Assembly: GCF_009914755.1 (NCBI RefSeq)
Contig: NC_060947.1
Length of the DNA: 64,000 bases
Direction: 5' to 3' (one strand)
Origin: the human T2T-CHM13v2.0 reference genome, Homo sapiens
The number at the start of each line of letters is the position of its first letter. Positions within the stretch are counted from its first letter, which is position 1. The translations under genes were made by a program, and so were the position numbers. The notes under the pieces are model-generated. The model did no database searches. It was not told where the DNA came from and worked only from the letters and a program-made list of their open reading frames with translations. Below are positions 58,154-64,000 of the stretch, one piece after another.

Positions 58154-58798
58154 AATTAAGGAATGTGTTGGCCAGCTTTTTCATTAACATAAAATGGATT
58201 TAGCAAGGAAGACACATGCTTTCTTCCTCTCTATGGACTCTTGAATATGGTTTTTTTCATTGCTTGTAATGAAGCCTGTCTGCCTAGTTGCTTTAAAGCG
58301 AAACTTTAAAGATATCATTATGTTAGTTAAATGATTTATGAAAGCAGTGAAAGCAAAGATGGAGAAGGGTAGGTCTCCTTATTCAACTTATAGGCAGATA
58401 ATCTATATTGTTCTTGGTTGAGTATAGCCGTTATAATGGAATGATCAAAGCATTGTCTTTTTTTGGAAAGATCAAACCATTTTCTTTTCTGTGACAAAAC
58501 TTATATCTCTCAATTCAGTCTTTGAGATGTATCTCATCCAACTCTCCTACATGAACAGAATTTTCCAATTAGATTCAACACCAGGTCTCAGCATGGGGTT
58601 TTATTATAGATGCATAGACACTATTTTCACAGGTAATTCTGGGAACTTCTTGAAACTCTCCCTTATATCAATGAGCTGTGATGAGAATGAAGTTTGAGCA
58701 GAAATGTAAATTTTGTGATTTGATTAAAATTAAATGACAAAGTTTATTAATTCTATTTACTATGTGAGCAGTAGATTTAAATGAATTTAAAAGTAGAT

Positions 58799-60255
58799 GT
58801 TTTTTAACATTATTTTAGTTTCAGGAGTATATGTGCAGGTTTGATAAATAGGTAAATTGTGTGTCATCTGGAGTTGGCGTACAGATTATTTCCTCACTCA
58901 GGTAATAAGCATATTACTCAATAGGGAGTTTTTTTTTATCCTCTCTCTCCTCCCACCTTCCACTCTTAAGTGCACATGTGTCCATGTGTACTCAATGTTT
59001 AACTCCTACTTATAAACAAGAACATGCAGTATCTGGTTTTCTGTTCCTGCATTAGTTCCCTTAAGATAATGGCCTCCATTTCTATCCATGTTGCTGTAAA
59101 GGACATGATCTTGTTCTCTTTTATGACTGTGTAGTATTCCATGGTTTATATATACCAAATTTTTTTATCAAGTTTATCATTGATGGGCATTTAGGTTGAT
59201 TCCATGTCTTTGTTACTGTGAATAGTGCTGCAGTGAATATACAAGCGCATGTGTCTTTTTGGTATAACGATTTATTTTCCTTCAGATATATACCTGGTAA
59301 TGGGATTGCTGGGTTGAAGGGTAGTTTTGTTTTAAGTTCTTTGAGAAATCACTAGACTGCTTTCCACAATGGCTGAACTAATTTATATTCCCACCAGCAG
59401 TGTATAAGTGTTCCCTTTCCTCTACAATCTTGCCAGCATCTGTTATTTTTTTTTTAACTTTTTGGTAATAGCCATCTGACTGGTATGAGATGGTATCTCA
59501 TTGTGGTTTTGATTTACATTTCTCTAATCATTAGTGATGATGAGCATTTTTTCATATGCTTGTTGGCCACATGCATGTCTTCTTTTAAAAAGTGTCTGTT
59601 TATGTACTTTGCCCATTTTGTAATGGGGTTATTTTTTGTTTGTTAATTTAAGTTCCTTACAGATTCTGGATATTAAACCGTTGCTGGATGCATAGTTTGA
59701 AAATCTTTTCTCCCATTCTGCAGGTTGTCTGTTTACTCTATTGATAGTTTCTTTTGCTGTGCGGATCTTTAGCTTAATTACATCCCATTTGTCAATTTTT
59801 AATTTTGTTGCTATTGCTTTTGGCATCTTCATAATAAAATCTTTGCCAGGTCCTGTGTGCAGAATGGTTTCCTAGGTTATCTTCCAGAGTTTTTATAGTT
59901 TCATGTTTTAAATTTAAGTCTTTAATCCATCTTGAGTTGATTTTTGTATATAGTGAAAGGAAGGTGTCCAGTTTCAATCTTCTGCATATGACTAGCCAGT
60001 TATGCCAGCACCATTTATTGTACAGGGAGTCCTTTCTCCATTGCCTGTTATTTTTGACTGTCAAAGATCAATGGTTGCAGGTGTGTGGCTATATTTCTGG
60101 GCTTCCTATTCTGTTTCATTGGTCTAGGTGTTTATTTTTGTACCAGTACCATGCTGTTTCGGTTACTGTAGCCCTCTAGTATGGTTTGAAGTCTGGTAAT
60201 GGGATGCCTCCAGTTTTGTTCTTTTTGCTTAGGATTGCCTTGACTATTCAGTCTC
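58799..60255 (-). mobile_element. 5'-truncated L1PA (approx. L1PA15/16) with 11-bp TSD
   Basis: ORF2 fragments ([21 protein letters not shown]); TSD taaaagtagat at 58788-58798 and 60256-60266. Confidence 0.93.
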
Positions 60256-60547
60256 TAAAAGTAGATTTAAAATAAGCATTAATTATTTCCTTAGAGTAAG
60301 TTTCTATAGGTAGAATTGTTGAATCGAAGTGTAAGAAGGGTTTGATGTAGAAACCCCAACTTTAGAAATTTATTTTTAAGTAGTCATAATAGATATAAAC
60401 CAAGATCCATACACAATGATGTTTATATCAGCTTAATTTATAATCAGAAAATATTAGAAAGAATGCCTTATAGAAGGATACTTATTATGTGAATCATGGC
60501 ATATTCATATGATTGAAAAATATACCACATTAAAAATCATAGGTCAT

Positions 60548-61033
60548 AATAAACATATGTGTGCATGTGTCTTTATAGTACAATGATTTATAATCCTTTG
60601 GCACAATAGCAAAGACTTGGAACCAACCCAAATGCCCATCACTTATAGACTGGATAAAGAAAATGTGGCACATATACACCATAGAATACTATGCAGCCAT
60701 AAAAAAGGATGAGTTCATGTCCTTTGCAGGGACATGGATGAAGCTGGAAACCATCATTCTCAGCAAAGAAACACAAGAACAGAAAACCAAACACCTCATG
60801 TTCTCATTCATAAGTGGGAGTTGAACAATGAGAACACATGGACACAGGGAGAGGAACATCACACACTGGGGCCTGTTGGGGGGTAGGGGGCTAGGGGAGG
60901 GATAGCATTAGGAGAAATACCTAATGTAGATGACAGGTTGATGTGTGCAGCAAACCACCATGGCATGTGTATACCTATGTAACAAACTTGCACGTTCTGC
61001 ACATGCACCCCAGAACTTAAATTAAAAAAAAAA
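60548..61033 (+). mobile_element. Truncated L1PA (approx. L1PA7) with 5' inversion (twin priming)
   Basis: 60548-60601 is antisense L1 (aataaacatatgtgtgcatgtgtctttatag...atcctttgg); 60602-61033 is sense L1 3' end with A tail. Confidence 0.92.
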
Positions 61034-61125
61034 TGTTAGAACTCTGTTAACATAACAAATGCTCATAACATATTGTTAATATTTTAAAAATCAGGTTAAA
61101 ATACAATGTATAGTACATAATCTAA

Positions 61126-61274
61126 ATTTGGCAAAAAATATAAATGTATTTATATTTGGCAAAAATATATAAATGTATTTACATACACACCCACATACAC
61201 ACACACACACACATATATACTTAGAAAAAAGAGAATAACACACACACATATATACTTAGAAAAAAGAGAATAAC
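61126..61274. repeat. Two adjacent tandem duplications (~28 bp and ~35 bp) around a (CA)n tract
   Basis: atttggcaaaaa(t)atataaatgtattta x2 (61126-61182); acacacacatatatacttagaaaaaagagaataac x2 (61205-61274). Confidence 0.9.
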
Positions 61275-62479
61275 AATGTGTTAACAAAATGTTAACAGGG
61301 TTATCTCTGGATGGTTGTATTACATGTGATATTTATTTTATTTTGTGCTGTGTCTGTGCTTTCCTATATTATACTTTCTATTGTTTATGCTTTTTTACAT
61401 TATGTTTTCTCTGTTTTACTTACATAATAATAAAAAAGTGTTATTTTATGAAATAAAATTATAAGAAATTAAAATGTACCATTTGTCAACTGAGATGTAA
61501 TATAACTCAGGTTTAAATGGATGTACAGACTTGTTGTCCCACTAAATCTATTAGCACAAAGTTTATAAGCTGAATTTTTAAAATGTGACCTTTACCCTTT
61601 TTTAAACAAACTGCATTATTAAAAATCTTTTTGGAGAAACTCATTTGGTGACATTGAGGGAACTGATGATATGAATCATTTGGTTTTATTATTGCCCACA
61701 CCATGAACCCCTTCGCTCATGAAACAGGTGAATATTCTTGAGTAACAACAATTTGCATTCCTTAGATAGAAGATCTGTATACAAATGGTAGAACGTCAGA
61801 CCTTTAGAGTGTATCTTAACACAGATTTCAACAACTTTCTTGTTAATAGAACAAACAGCAGTGCCACTAAATCCCCACACATCCCGTGGAATATTTTGTC
61901 ATTAATTAACTATCTCTTTTTCTGAACATAAGCCATTTAGCTTTTTAGTCAATGAGTTCAAATTTTAAAAAGAAAAGAACAAACTCAGGATTGTATAAAG
62001 ATCAGTTTTAAGATCCTGAGACTTCAAGTGAGCAAAAGTCAACAAATCCTTTAGAAATATATAGTGTAGCAGTATTTCCTCCAAAATTGTTCTGCGTGCA
62101 GGGCAAGGAATGTTGGGGGTGAAATTGGGTTCTGAATATTTAAGATACAGTTGAGAAACTAGGATGACCACACAGGTAGCCTAACACAACAACAGATCAG
62201 GATAACCAATGTAAAATCATATAGGGCGAATAGTTCTTAAGAGGAAAGTAACATTTATTGAGCATCAATTCTGTACCAGACTCTGTTAATGGGCCAGTAA
62301 ATAAAGAGGAGCATCAAGTACTGCTACAAAATTTGGATTCAATTAAGAATGAACAAGAGATAAATAATTTCTTATGATGTTTGTCATCATTCTGTTTCAG
62401 AGAAATTAGAGCTATTATTTTAGTATAAATTGACACTTATCCTGAATACGCAAGCAAGCCTCTTTCTAGGCAATTACTC

Positions 62480-63950
62480 ACTTTCTTTTTTGAATTTAGT
62501 TTTTATTCTATCAAAGTTATACAAGTACATAACCTAAATAGTTAACTAATGTAGTTCTACAAAACTTGTTAAGATAACTTCTCTGACTCCCTCTCTTCCA
62601 TATTGTTTGCCACTTTGAGACAACCAATCTTATTTTTGCAACATCATTGTAGTACTTACCATCACATTGATAAATAATGTATTTATATTGCTACTTAATT
62701 TTGGTTCTTTTTTGGCATTATTTTCTTCTTACCATAGAAAATGAGAAGTTAGTTCTCTTTCACAATCTCCACTATACTTCATATGCCCCATCTTATAGAG
62801 GAAGTTAAATTTTTCAGTTTTTACATGATTATGAAAAAGCAAATACCTAACTGAGTTGAGCTATGTCGTAAGCTATGTTTGCTTGACCTTTCCTACCCAC
62901 ATTTAATTCTCCTCACAGTTACTAATGAATCTGGTTTTGATTGCTTAGTTTTCTGTGTATTTATCAATAATTTGGCCCCAAGCTCTTCCCAGATGTGTAA
63001 ATCTTCTTTCATACATTGAAGCGCAGTTTCCTTTTCTTAATGTCCTTCCCAGAACAAATTTGTGTGTGTGTGTGTCTGTTTTCTTCCCCCTTCTTAGTAT
63101 TTTCCCTTATTTTAGAGGTGCATATTCTGTAGCAGCTTCCTAGGAAATGGTACATGGTGGCACAGTTTTTGAGACTCTGCATATCTGAAATATTTTTATT
63201 CTACCCTTGGCTTGACTGATTCATAGTTTATAAGTATAGAACTCTAGGATGAAAATAATTGTCTGTCAGGATTTTGAAATCATAGTTTCATTGTCTTCTA
63301 GTTTCCAATATTGCTGAGAAATCTGATACCATTCTGAGATCTGAGCCTTTGTGTGAAACACGTTCTTTCTCCCTAAACCTTTTAGGAGCTTTTTCTCTGC
63401 TTCAATGTTCTAAAATTTTATGATAACGTTTTGGTGAGGGCAATTTTTATCCACTGTGCTAGGCACTTATGGGCCTTTTCAATCTGGAAACTCATGTTCT
63501 TCAGGCCTGGGAAATTGCATTAGATTATCTCTTTATTTTCTTCCCTCTGATTTCTACATTCTCTCCTTCTGCAACTCCTATTTTTGAATTTAAATCTCAT
63601 GGATCAATCTATTTTTACTATCTTTTTCTCCTTTTTCTACTTCTTTGACTTTTTGCTCTACTTTCTTGGATATTTCTAGATTTATCTTATGAGCTTTTCT
63701 TATCTGATAAATTATTTTAATTTTAGGGGCTCTTATCCCTTTGAAGATACTAGTACTTTTTAAATCATGTTTTCATTCATAATCTCTGCTTCCTCCAAAT
63801 TGTTTGGGTATGTCTATTTGTTTTGATATTTCTCTTTTATATTGGAGACTTTTTTCAAATTGCCTAGTCATTCTCAGCTGCCACTTTATAATTAATGTTC
63901 TAAAAAGCAGATTGGAAGCTCCGTGTAGAGGATGAGTTTTGTTCACTGTG
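62480..63950 (-). mobile_element. HAL1-like (ORF1-only L1-related) element
   Basis: tttgagactctgcatatctgaaa...ctctaggatgaaaataat...cattgtcttctagtttcc...gagaaatctgataccattctg...gggcccttttcaatctggaaactcatg...ctgggaaatt. Confidence 0.65.
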
Positions 63951-64000
63951 GCTTCATAGTAGTGTAATCTGGTAAATCATTTCTTGGAGGACACTTGAAT

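Larger units (their letters stand above)
60390..61445 (+). mobile_element. Ancient L1ME 3' fragment interrupted by an L1PA
   Basis: atgtttatatcagcttaatttataat...tggcatattcatatg...attaaaaatc [L1PA] ...gttaacagggttatctctggatggttgtattacatgtgatattt. Confidence 0.6.

Overview
Primate (human-like) AT-rich non-coding genomic DNA, intronic or intergenic, roughly half transposable elements; the locus or host gene cannot be identified from sequence alone. No convincing host protein-coding exon, RNA gene or CRISPR array is present, and nearly all ORF-track entries are LINE-1, Alu or LTR fragments or chance ORFs. The dominant structure is an ~18 kb all-minus-strand nested LINE-1 block (~10.5-28.3 kb). 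An ancient L1M/L1ME host there contains a full-length, disrupted ~6.4 kb L1PA7/8-like element with an open antisense ORF0-like frame, a full-length ~7.8 kb L1MA-like element with three degenerate 5' monomers and a nested L1PA 3' end, and a MER44. Elsewhere are truncated L1s with TSDs, a twin-primed L1, an old L1 with an internal inversion, three Alus, a FLAM, MaLR/ERVL LTRs (including an internally deleted THE1), MER1B, MER5A, MER63, L2, MIR and HAL1. The most unexpected non-canonical feature is a 116-bp, 112/116-identical copy of unique sequence inserted ~2 kb downstream into an old LTR. I did not find evidence for a previously undescribed biological system. Subfamily names come from recalled consensus features, not a RepeatMasker run, and old-element boundaries are approximate.
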